A DNA stretch of 64,000 bases from an uncultured Oscillospiraceae bacterium (GTDB taxonomy: Bacteria > Bacillota > Clostridia > Acetivibrionales > DTU013): contig CAZPMC010000005.1 in assembly GCA_964587755.1 (NCBI GenBank), positions 2,486 to 66,485 of the forward strand, read 5' to 3'. Positions 1 through 8,137 of this stretch are shown here, in pieces. The stretch's first letter is position 1. The number at the start of each line of letters is the position of its first letter. Made by a program: the position numbers and the translations under genes. Under the pieces are notes generated by a model. The model was not told the DNA's origin and made no database searches. It saw only the letters and a list, made by a program, of their open reading frames with translations.

Positions 1-1
1 C

Positions 2-2101
2 TTAGGTGGATGCGGTTGGCTGTTATGGGGCTGGACCTATAACAGAATGCTCTTAGCTACGTTCTTTGGTACAATGTGGTTTTTCCTGCCTGATAACATT
101 AGAGTTTTCTTTGTGGAAGGGAACTTCCCGCGAATGGTTATTGCAATTTTTCTGCCCTATTTATTTTACTTTATATGGAGATTTGTTGACCATCAAAAAA
201 AATGGGCGCTTTTTCCGGTAATTTTCATAATGTGCTGTATAATCATGTCCCATGTTATGATTGCTGCCATGACAGGCATAGCTTCATTCCTTTTTTTGCT
301 CATATACTGTATAATTCAAAGACAATGGCAAAGGTCAGTTCAGGTGATAATAGCTATGCTCATTTCATTTGCTCTGTGCGGGGCTTGGCTATATCCTGCT
401 CTTCAGGGGGGGCTTGTTGCCATGGATGCAGGAGCAACTGCTGAGGTTATGCAATCATTAAGTACTCCCATATCAATATCTTTAAATCCATTGGTGCGCA
501 CTAAGGGGATATTTGACTATTATTATTTTGGATTAGCCATCATGGTAGTTTGTATTCTTGGACTTATTCTGGCCAATAAAAAAAGTCTGCCTGGTTTTAT
601 TACGGCTATAATCATTTTTCTGGGAACAACCACAATTGCCGTTCCTCTGCTTGAAATGCTACCCTTAAATCAGTTACTTTGGATGATGCGTTTTACGCCA
701 ATTGTGTATGCTCTGTTTATTCTCTCGGCCTTTGAATGGTCAAATTGCAGGCGCTATGTAGTGATTATTTTTGCAATGTTTCTTATTTTTGACAGCATAC
801 CTTCTGCCCAGTTGGAAAGGTATTTTTCTCAAAACCCTACTAAATTGTTTGATTCTCTATCAACTGCTAAGGAAATCACTAATCAAAGAGTTTCGCTGCT
901 GGATCTTAGTGTATTTGATTCTTACCCCTCGTATTATTTTCCAGGTGAAGAACCAAAAACCCAATATACTTTTGGCTGGGCCTGGCAGGGTTCTACAACA
1001 GCCCAAAATATTGTAATGCTCAATACGGCAGCTGAGAAAGGTTATTACTACTATCTTTTCGACCGCAGTTTGGAACTGGGTGATGATACGGTTATGTTGC
1101 AAAAGGAACTGATGAAAAAGGCTAAAAAATCTCTGCCTCAGCTGCTTAAAGCGGCTCATGCATCAGGCTACCAGCTTTATAAAGAAACAAATTATACTTA
1201 TATTTTTCACAGGGATACGCCTGAACGCTTTGGTGTTGCTACAGAATATGAGGGGCTTGCCATTGGGAGCTCTGCTAATGGTATAGCTTTGAAATATCCA
1301 TCCTTTGCAGAAGGAACCTCTGATAATTTGACTGATTACAGCTTTGAAGAGTTAAGCAAGCACAAGGTGATTTACCTGTCCGATTTCAGATATGATGATA
1401 AAAAGGCTGCCGAAGAACTGCTGACCCGCACGGCTAAAGCAGGCGTAAAAATTGTTATCGATATGAGCCGAATACCTGTCGATCCAGTAACCAGCCGTAT
1501 GACCTTTTTCGGAGTGACGGCTCAGCCCATTAGCTTCTCAAACCGGTATCCGGAGCTGATGTACCGCGACCGGATTTATGAAGCGCTGCCCTTTAAGGAG
1601 AAATATTCCACATGGAATACCATTTATCTTGACAATGTTAAGGAGATTATTGGCTTCTCCTGGTTTAATAATAAAGAATTGCCGTTCCTGGGGACGGCAG
1701 TTAATCCAAATATTTTGTTTATGGGTTACAACATCTTGTTTCATGCTTTGGAAACCGGAGATGAGGCAATAATAGAGATGATAAATGATTTCCTGGGGGT
1801 TTTCCCAACCCGGCTTCCAAAACGCGAGGTAGTGCCCATTACCGTTGAGATGCAGAAAAACCGATTAGTCATTGATACTTCAGGCGGAGAAATTAATACA
1901 ACTATTGCTTATCAAGATAATTTCCGGAGCAATCAAAAGATATTAAACAAAAACAATCTTTTGATAGTACAAGAACCACATACTCAGATAGAAATCACCT
2001 ATGCTTACTTGATTCCCGGTCTGATATTGAGCGGGACAGGTTTACTTGCAGAAGGCATTTTACTATATTTTATCAACAGGAAGAAGAGGTGCGCACTATG
2101 A
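2..2101 (+). CDS. Large polytopic membrane protein, GT-C-like (the family annotated as 6-pyruvoyl-tetrahydropterin-synthase-related in XrtG loci); 5' end lies outside the window
   Basis: The frame is open from nt 2 with no upstream stop, so the M at 47 is not necessarily the start. The first ~270 aa contain many hydrophobic helices. The soluble C-terminal half aligns by eye with the 874-aa ORF at 5484 (LAIGSSANGIALKYPSF...KHKVIYLSDF...AGVKIVID versus LILGIGAPGVAMEFPYL...KYKLIYLCEP...NGVKVVIE). It ends in SGTG + TM + NRKKR. Confidence 0.6.
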   Translation, partial: LGGCGWLLWGWTYNRMLLATFFGTMWFFLPDNIRVFFVEGNFPRMVIAIFLPYLFYFIWRFVDHQKKWALFPVIFIMCCIIMSHVMIAAMTGIASFLFLLIYCIIQRQWQRSVQVIIAMLISFALCGAWLYPALQGGLVAMDAGATAEVMQSLSTPISISLNPLVRTKGIFDYYYFGLAIMVVCILGLILANKKSLPGFITAIIIFLGTTTIAVPLLEMLPLNQLLWMMRFTPIVYALFILSAFEWSNCRRYVVIIFAMFLIFDSIPSAQLERYFSQNPTKLFDSLSTAKEITNQRVSLLDLSVFDSYPSYYFPGEEPKTQYTFGWAWQGSTTAQNIVMLNTAAEKGYYYYLFDRSLELGDDTVMLQKELMKKAKKSLPQLLKAAHASGYQLYKETNYTYIFHRDTPERFGVATEYEGLAIGSSANGIALKYPSFAEGTSDNLTDYSFEELSKHKVIYLSDFRYDDKKAAEELLTRTAKAGVKIVIDMSRIPVDPVTSRMTFFGVTAQPISFSNRYPELMYRDRIYEALPFKEKYSTWNTIYLDNVKEIIGFSWFNNKELPFLGTAVNPNILFMGYNILFHALETGDEAIIEMINDFLGVFPTRLPKREVVPITVEMQKNRLVIDTSGGEINTTIAYQDNFRSNQKILNKNNLLIVQEPHTQIEITYAYLIPGLILSGTGLLAEGILLYFINRKKRCAL

Positions 2102-2724
2102 AAAAAACATTCCCGGCTTTTCTTACATTGATATTGCTTTTACTGTTAGTCCCGTTGCATGGCTATGCCGATTATGGTGCTATTGAGATTGATGGTTATT
2201 ATGATGATTGGGAGGACAAGCCTCATACACAGGTTTACTATGATCAGTCGAATATTCACCGGGTTTCTGTATTCCGGGATGAGAGCACGGTGTATGTTCA
2301 CATTAAAATGTCCGAAAATGGATTTCGCCATATGGATAATTATTATTTTGAAATGGGTACTAACCAGGGTACAAAAGCCTTCACTCTTGAACTGGAACCT
2401 ATAAAGGAAAAAATGTCTGGAACAGCAGGAATAAAAGTACACAACACCAGCAACTGGCAGAATGTGATTGGTTCGGGATATTACACACGGGAAGAGGGAG
2501 AGTCAGATGAAGCGGAGTTTAACATCCTGCTTTCATCAATTACAGATGACCCTCAAGGGATATATGATATTTCAATAATGTGCTCGAACCTGGGACCTCA
2601 AATAATTATATGTGTCGGTGCCGGCACAGGACCATATATGGGAATTGCCATTGGTGCCGCCATCGTTCTAATCTCGCTTGCTTATTTTTACTACAGGAAA
2701 AGGCGCCCGGTCATTAACCAATAA
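2098..2724 (+). CDS. Secreted protein with a Firmicu-CTERM-like C-terminal sorting tail (putative XrtG substrate)
   Basis: The ATG at 2098 overlaps the upstream stop (ATGA), with RBS AAGAGGTG 6 nt upstream. Signal peptide MKKTFPAFLTLILLLLLVPLHGYA. N-terminal IDGYYDDWEDKPH motif. C-terminus is VGAGTGPY + 20-aa TM + YYRKRRP. Confidence 0.6.
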   Translation: MKKTFPAFLTLILLLLLVPLHGYADYGAIEIDGYYDDWEDKPHTQVYYDQSNIHRVSVFRDESTVYVHIKMSENGFRHMDNYYFEMGTNQGTKAFTLELEPIKEKMSGTAGIKVHNTSNWQNVIGSGYYTREEGESDEAEFNILLSSITDDPQGIYDISIMCSNLGPQIIICVGAGTGPYMGIAIGAAIVLISLAYFYYRKRRPVINQ

Positions 2725-2748
2725 ATATTGATAAAAGGATGAGCAAAA

Positions 2749-3336
2749 ATGCTGACTTTGCAAATAATTGGGTTTATAGTTTGGCTTTATGCCATATGGG
2801 TTCTCAGCCGTACAGAGATTCATTTTTTCAAGTTCTGTCTGGGCAGTGTCGGGCTTTTTTTCTTTTTGATGCTCTGGGTTCAACCTCTAATCACCCGGCC
2901 GTTAACTATGGCAGTTACTGCTGCGGCAGGAGTGCTGGGGGATGTAAGCGAAATGTACGACTCGTTTTATCAATACTCAATATTATTTATACCCAAGGGT
3001 ACAGCCGCGGTGTCCCTTACCATAGATTATGAATGCTCCGGAGTAATTGAGATTATGGCTTTTAGCTGTATGCTGTGGTTCTTTCCACTGTATAATACCA
3101 TCGAAAAGCTGATTATCACCTGCATAGGATTGGTAATGATTTTTGTGGCTAATGTCCTACGAATTTTTGTAATTTGCACTCTGATTTACTTTTTTGGTAA
3201 TGAGATATTTTATTTCGCCCATACTATTTTCGGCCGAATAATATTTTACTTTATTTCGATTGCTCTCTATTTCTATGTATTTACACGGCCACATATAATC
3301 CGGCAGAAGGTAGGTAAATTTAGTTATGAAAATTGA
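2749..3336 (+). CDS. xrtG: Exosortase family protein, XrtG-type
   Basis: A 195-aa all-TM protein with the exosortase/archaeosortase Cys-Arg-His signature in the expected order: IDYECSGVIEI, ANVLRIF, FAHTIFGR. Its context (tail-bearing protein upstream, GT2 downstream) matches the described XrtG neighbourhood. Confidence 0.75.
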   Translation: MLTLQIIGFIVWLYAIWVLSRTEIHFFKFCLGSVGLFFFLMLWVQPLITRPLTMAVTAAAGVLGDVSEMYDSFYQYSILFIPKGTAAVSLTIDYECSGVIEIMAFSCMLWFFPLYNTIEKLIITCIGLVMIFVANVLRIFVICTLIYFFGNEIFYFAHTIFGRIIFYFISIALYFYVFTRPHIIRQKVGKFSYEN

Positions 3337-4699
3337 GATTTTGTTAAGTAGAATAACAAGAGAGGTTATTTTCTGGATGGCATGGGTAATCATTCCTTTG
3401 ATAATGGAGATTATCCCGGCATTCGGCGGATTTGTTATCCTGCTTAAAAAGAGATTTAGACGCCAACGCAAAATTGATCTCTATATGCTTCCTGAAATTA
3501 CGCTGATTATTCCTATTTATAATTCGGCACGAACCTTATGGGATTGTCTGGTCTCAGTCTATAATTCGAGCTATCCCAATCATTTAACTAGCATCCTGCT
3601 GGTCAATAACGGCAGTACTGACAATAGCTATGAGGTTTATCTTAAGTTTCAGTATGAGTATAAGGACCTGCCCCTTAGCTGGTTAGATGCCGACCAGGGG
3701 AAATCCAAGGCTCTGAACATGGCGCTTTTTAACAGTCACGGCAAATATATTATCCATATTGATAGTGATGGCAGGCTTCATCGGGATGCCATAAGAAATA
3801 TGGTAATACGTTTTGAACAGGAGCCTCACATTGATTGTCTCACAGGTGTAATATTGACAGATATGAAGGCCATTGAAGAGACTAAGAGCTCTATGATGAA
3901 AATGGTCCGCCGCTGTGAATTCTTTGAATACTGTCAGTCCTTTTTGGCAGGAAGAAATTTTGAGTCAGAATTAGACAGTGTATATACATTATCCGGGGCA
4001 TTTTCAGCTTTTCGCAGATCTGTTATTCTCAAATCCCAGCTTTATAATACAGCTACCATAAGTGAGGATACCCAGATAACTTTCCAAATCCGTCAGCTTC
4101 AGAAGAAAAATATTCGTCTGTGCGAAAATGCATTCTTCTTTGTCGCGCCTATTGAGAGCTACAATAAGCTATACACCCAGCGCCAACGATGGCAAAGGGG
4201 GGAGATAGAAGTGTCTCATATGTTTTTACGAAATAAGCTGTTTATTTTAAAAGGTTTTACCAGCAATTTCATGGTGCGCACCCTGTTTTTTGACCATACC
4301 TTTGCATTCCCGCGCATGATTTGGTATTTTGCCCTTATTTATCTGACTTTTTTAAACTACCCGGTTTCTTTGGTACTAGGTTCTATAGTCATAATATATC
4401 TACTTTATGCCTTTTCTATGTTCCTGTTTTATATAAATGTGCTTATGTACTTGGACAAGGTTAAGGATATTAAGAGGTATTACCGCTCAAAATGGTATCT
4501 GCCATTCATAATGCCGGCGTTTAATTTTGTGATTTTCTGGATCCGTTTTGCAGGCATTATTAACAGTATTAAAGGAACAGGAAGCTGGAAAACAACAACT
4601 CTGACAGAGGAATGGAAAAAGATAAAGACTGCTGTCAATGATGACTTTCACCTCCCAAAAAGGATAGTCAGAGTGTTGAGAAGGAAGGTGAACTTATGA
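3326..4699 (+). CDS. Membrane-embedded processive family-2 glycosyltransferase (XrtG-associated type; PgaC/IcaA/NodC-like)
   Basis: N-terminal TM, GT-A core (LIIPIYNS, HIDSDG, SEDT), a QRQRWQRGE sequence matching the Q(R/Q)xRW processivity motif, and four or more C-terminal TM helices. The start overlaps the xrtG end by 11 nt. Confidence 0.75.
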   Translation: MKIEILLSRITREVIFWMAWVIIPLIMEIIPAFGGFVILLKKRFRRQRKIDLYMLPEITLIIPIYNSARTLWDCLVSVYNSSYPNHLTSILLVNNGSTDNSYEVYLKFQYEYKDLPLSWLDADQGKSKALNMALFNSHGKYIIHIDSDGRLHRDAIRNMVIRFEQEPHIDCLTGVILTDMKAIEETKSSMMKMVRRCEFFEYCQSFLAGRNFESELDSVYTLSGAFSAFRRSVILKSQLYNTATISEDTQITFQIRQLQKKNIRLCENAFFFVAPIESYNKLYTQRQRWQRGEIEVSHMFLRNKLFILKGFTSNFMVRTLFFDHTFAFPRMIWYFALIYLTFLNYPVSLVLGSIVIIYLLYAFSMFLFYINVLMYLDKVKDIKRYYRSKWYLPFIMPAFNFVIFWIRFAGIINSIKGTGSWKTTTLTEEWKKIKTAVNDDFHLPKRIVRVLRRKVNL

Positions 4700-5487
4700 A
4701 TACACTGACGGTGGTATTACCTGCTTATAATGAAGAGCAGGATATTAAAGCTTTGGTAAGCCGGTGGCAGCAATTCAGGCTGGAGCTTAAAGACAGATAT
4801 GGATTAGAATTGGAGATTGTTGCAGTTAATGACGGAAGCAAGGATAAAACAAGAGAAATTGCAGAAGGTCTGGAGAGAGAATATACGAACTTCACCCTTA
4901 TCAATCATCCTTATAATAAGGGGTTAGGAGAAGCTGTAAAGACCGGGATTAGCCATTTCCTCCAGAACTGTCCCCAAAGTCAATATATGTGTCTTATGGA
5001 TTGTGATAACACCCATGATCCGTGCTATATAACGGATATGCTGAACTGCTCAAGAGAGGATAGAGCCGATGTGGTTATTGCTTCCCGATACTGGACCAGT
5101 GCTAAGGTTGAAGGTTTATCAAGGCTTCGGCTGCTGATGAGCCAGGGAGCAAGATATATTTTTAAATTGCTTCTTAATGTTCCCGGGGTCAGGGATTATA
5201 CTTGTGGCTACCGAGTTTACAGGCGGGAAATTATACAAAGAGCTTTCCATAGATTTGGTGACGGACTGGTTTCTGAGAGCGGCTTTACCTGTATGGCGGA
5301 GCTTTTGTATAAACTCTACACCTGCGGAGCTGTCTTTGGTGAGATTCCCTTTGTGCTGCGATATGATTTTAAAAAGGGGGCAAGTAAAATGGCAGTCTTA
5401 AAAACTGCCGCCAACAGTATCCGCCTGGCATTTAAGCTAAAGAAAATCAAGATACTTAAAGGGACAGCCTCAGGAGTAAAAATATGA
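4696..5487 (+). CDS. Soluble GT2, polyprenyl-phosphate glycosyltransferase (Dpm1/GtrB/ArnC-like)
   Basis: VVLPAYNEEQDI, VNDGSKDKT and MDCDNTHDP (DxD) motifs in a 263-aa protein with no TM. ATGA overlaps at both ends. Confidence 0.7.
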   Translation: MNTLTVVLPAYNEEQDIKALVSRWQQFRLELKDRYGLELEIVAVNDGSKDKTREIAEGLEREYTNFTLINHPYNKGLGEAVKTGISHFLQNCPQSQYMCLMDCDNTHDPCYITDMLNCSREDRADVVIASRYWTSAKVEGLSRLRLLMSQGARYIFKLLLNVPGVRDYTCGYRVYRREIIQRAFHRFGDGLVSESGFTCMAELLYKLYTCGAVFGEIPFVLRYDFKKGASKMAVLKTAANSIRLAFKLKKIKILKGTASGVKI

Positions 5488-8108
5488 AAATTAAAAACAT
5501 AGAGGGTAAGTCATGCCAATTTTATATAGAATTATCCTTTGCTCTGATAATAACAGGCATCGCTTGCGCTGCCGGTTTTTCGAATTTATTGGGCATTTCA
5601 AACGATATTTATCCTTACACATCAGATGCTATGGGCCATATGGCAAAGGTCAGATATTTGGCGGATTGCTTATCAAACGGCGACTTTCCTTCTTGGTTTC
5701 CTTATTGGTATAACGGGGCTACATTTACACAGTATTATCCCCCGCTTTCTTACTGGATTATGACTTTGATTTATATTCCTGTTCAGAATGTGATGTTGAC
5801 CTTTAAAATTTACTGTTATGCAATGTTTTTTATTGGCGGCATGGGAGTATGGTACTTTTGCAGGTTTTTCATCGGTAAATGGTGCGGGATTTTCGGTGCA
5901 GTGGTTTTTTGTCTCCAACCATATATTTTGAGAGCATTATTATCAGCGGGTACTGTAGCGCAAGGACCTGTAATTGCCTTGTCCTCATGGTATTTGTTAT
6001 TACTTCTCTCATATGTGTATAAGCCAAATGCTAAAAAATTCTTACTATGTGTATTAATCTGTGCTTTTATAATATTAGGTCACCCCAATACCGCTTTTAT
6101 GATGTGCCTATGCATCATGGCAGTTTTCTTTGCACTCCTTGTGATAAAGAGGATTACATTTTTAAATTTCATAAGTGCTTCTCTCACAATAGTATTAGCT
6201 GGAATCATAACCGCATTTTGGTCAGTATCCGGTGTTCTGGGATTGGAAACACCTGGAGTACCAACTCTTCTTGTTGAGGCAGCCTTAAATTATACTGCCA
6301 ATATAAATTGGTTTATAACATCATCAGGGACCTTTTTCTACTTTGCTATTCCTGTCACAATAGGAAGCTTGATTTCCTTGTTTGTCTATGCATACAGAGC
6401 ATCAAGAAAGACTGCGGAAAGGTGGGAAAAGGATTATATTCTGTTTTGCATCCTAATAACGCTTTTCACTATAGTATTTTCTTTTGGGATGAATTTACCG
6501 TTATTTGAATATTTACCATTGGCAGAGAGCTATGTACCGGGGCGTATATTGGTATTGACTTCAGTATCAGGAGCTATTTTATGTGCGTATATGGTTTATA
6601 TGATTCAAAGATCAACCAGAGGTAGAAGGATGAGTACAAAAGTCGGATATTACATTATTTCTGTAGCGATCATCGCAGCAGCTTTGTATTATATGAATCC
6701 GTTTGCCACAAATTATAGTTCAATTACTTCTAATGATTTTGATGAAATGGTTTCAAAAGTAAATGTCGAAGGCAGTAGTTTTGAGAAGGGGCGTTATGCA
6801 TATCTAAGTGTAGTCGATTCCAGTGAGACTTTTTTTTCTATAACTTATGACTTGAATTTAACTGATGGCTGGAATATTGAAGGCACTCCTCATAATCGAG
6901 CAATTTGGAATCATAATATTGCCTACCAAACTGGTTGTTTTTCTTATATTGCTAAAAATCTAGCTTTTTGGAACACAAGATATTTTCTTTTTGATGAGAA
7001 ATACCAAAAGATAGCGGAAGAATTAAATAAAGAATACTCTTTTCAATATATCAGCGACAGGGGTCTTGGTAAATTCTATGTCAGTAAAGAGCCGTCATCA
7101 TATTTCCTTACTGACAAGCGCAATGGGCTGATTTTAGGCATTGGAGCACCGGGAGTAGCAATGGAGTTTCCTTACCTTGTCCATGAGCAGCGTGAGGATA
7201 TATCAGATTATTCACGGTCGGAACTTTTGAAATACAAGCTCATCTATTTATGTGAGCCGGAGGTTGACACCCTGCGGCAGAAAAAAAACATTGAAGAAAC
7301 AGTTGAGTATTTGGTGAATAACGGGGTAAAGGTTGTGATAGAGCCGACGGTCACAAAAGGACACAAGTTATTCGGTGTAGGGGTCTCAGATGTGCTTTTT
7401 GAAGATTCACCGGTACTAAAGAAGCAGTCAATATCCCAAATAGAGAGCTCCGTTGATAAAATTGAGTTAAATGATAAGCCTATCTATGCCCGGGTGTTGT
7501 TTGGCCTTGATAAGGCATATTACAAATTGGAGCAAAACGTTGGACAGCTTCAAAATGATGTGATTGGCACAAAGAAGGTTGGAGACGGAGAAGTGCTTTT
7601 TCTCGGCTTGCATCTAAGCCAGTACCTGAAAGCGGTGTATGCTCGGAACTGGGGTATCCCTGAAGATGAAAAAGGATATCCGAATTGCTCTAATGAGGTT
7701 AAAACTTTGATAGGAGACATATTTAAAACCTTTGGAGTGGAGCAAAATTTCTGGCCGGATCCATTCCCTGTCCAAAGTGCTAAATGGGATTACAAAGGTG
7801 TGGATTTCGATTATTCGGTCAAAGAGGCCAGGGAGATCACCTTAAGTGTTACATATACACCTTGTTGGCAGGCAACTCTTGACGGGCAGTCGATAAATGT
7901 CGGACAGCGTGAGAACCTTGTAACGCTGAATCTTCCTGCCGGAGAGCATCATGTCAGGTTGATGTGGACTGACAAATATGGTATCATAGGATACATAATT
8001 ACTTTAGCTGGTTTGACATTTTTCGCCTTATTGCTCATAAAATTTGACAAACATATTAATTATTTAAAAAAAATAGGGGCTCTTATTAAGAAGAGCTTGC
8101 ATTTTTAG
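5484..8108 (+). CDS. Large polytopic membrane protein, GT-C-like, paralog of the ORF at 2..2101
   Basis: About 12 TM helices. The first-loop motif YPYTSDAMGHMAKVRYL...WFPYWYNGATFTQYYPPLSYW is typical of COG5617-type membrane proteins. The C-terminal soluble domain resembles that of the first ORF. The final TM is followed by a basic tail. Confidence 0.6.
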   Translation: MKIKNIEGKSCQFYIELSFALIITGIACAAGFSNLLGISNDIYPYTSDAMGHMAKVRYLADCLSNGDFPSWFPYWYNGATFTQYYPPLSYWIMTLIYIPVQNVMLTFKIYCYAMFFIGGMGVWYFCRFFIGKWCGIFGAVVFCLQPYILRALLSAGTVAQGPVIALSSWYLLLLLSYVYKPNAKKFLLCVLICAFIILGHPNTAFMMCLCIMAVFFALLVIKRITFLNFISASLTIVLAGIITAFWSVSGVLGLETPGVPTLLVEAALNYTANINWFITSSGTFFYFAIPVTIGSLISLFVYAYRASRKTAERWEKDYILFCILITLFTIVFSFGMNLPLFEYLPLAESYVPGRILVLTSVSGAILCAYMVYMIQRSTRGRRMSTKVGYYIISVAIIAAALYYMNPFATNYSSITSNDFDEMVSKVNVEGSSFEKGRYAYLSVVDSSETFFSITYDLNLTDGWNIEGTPHNRAIWNHNIAYQTGCFSYIAKNLAFWNTRYFLFDEKYQKIAEELNKEYSFQYISDRGLGKFYVSKEPSSYFLTDKRNGLILGIGAPGVAMEFPYLVHEQREDISDYSRSELLKYKLIYLCEPEVDTLRQKKNIEETVEYLVNNGVKVVIEPTVTKGHKLFGVGVSDVLFEDSPVLKKQSISQIESSVDKIELNDKPIYARVLFGLDKAYYKLEQNVGQLQNDVIGTKKVGDGEVLFLGLHLSQYLKAVYARNWGIPEDEKGYPNCSNEVKTLIGDIFKTFGVEQNFWPDPFPVQSAKWDYKGVDFDYSVKEAREITLSVTYTPCWQATLDGQSINVGQRENLVTLNLPAGEHHVRLMWTDKYGIIGYIITLAGLTFFALLLIKFDKHINYLKKIGALIKKSLHF

Positions 8109-8137
8109 CATAGAAAGATTGTAAAGCTGGAGGCAGA

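Noticed and set aside
47-2101. Taking the ATG at 47 as the true start of the first gene.
   Set aside because: The frame is open to nt 2 and the upstream residues (LGGCGWLLWGWTYNR) continue a hydrophobic segment. The paralog is 874 aa long, so the gene is most likely truncated by the window edge.
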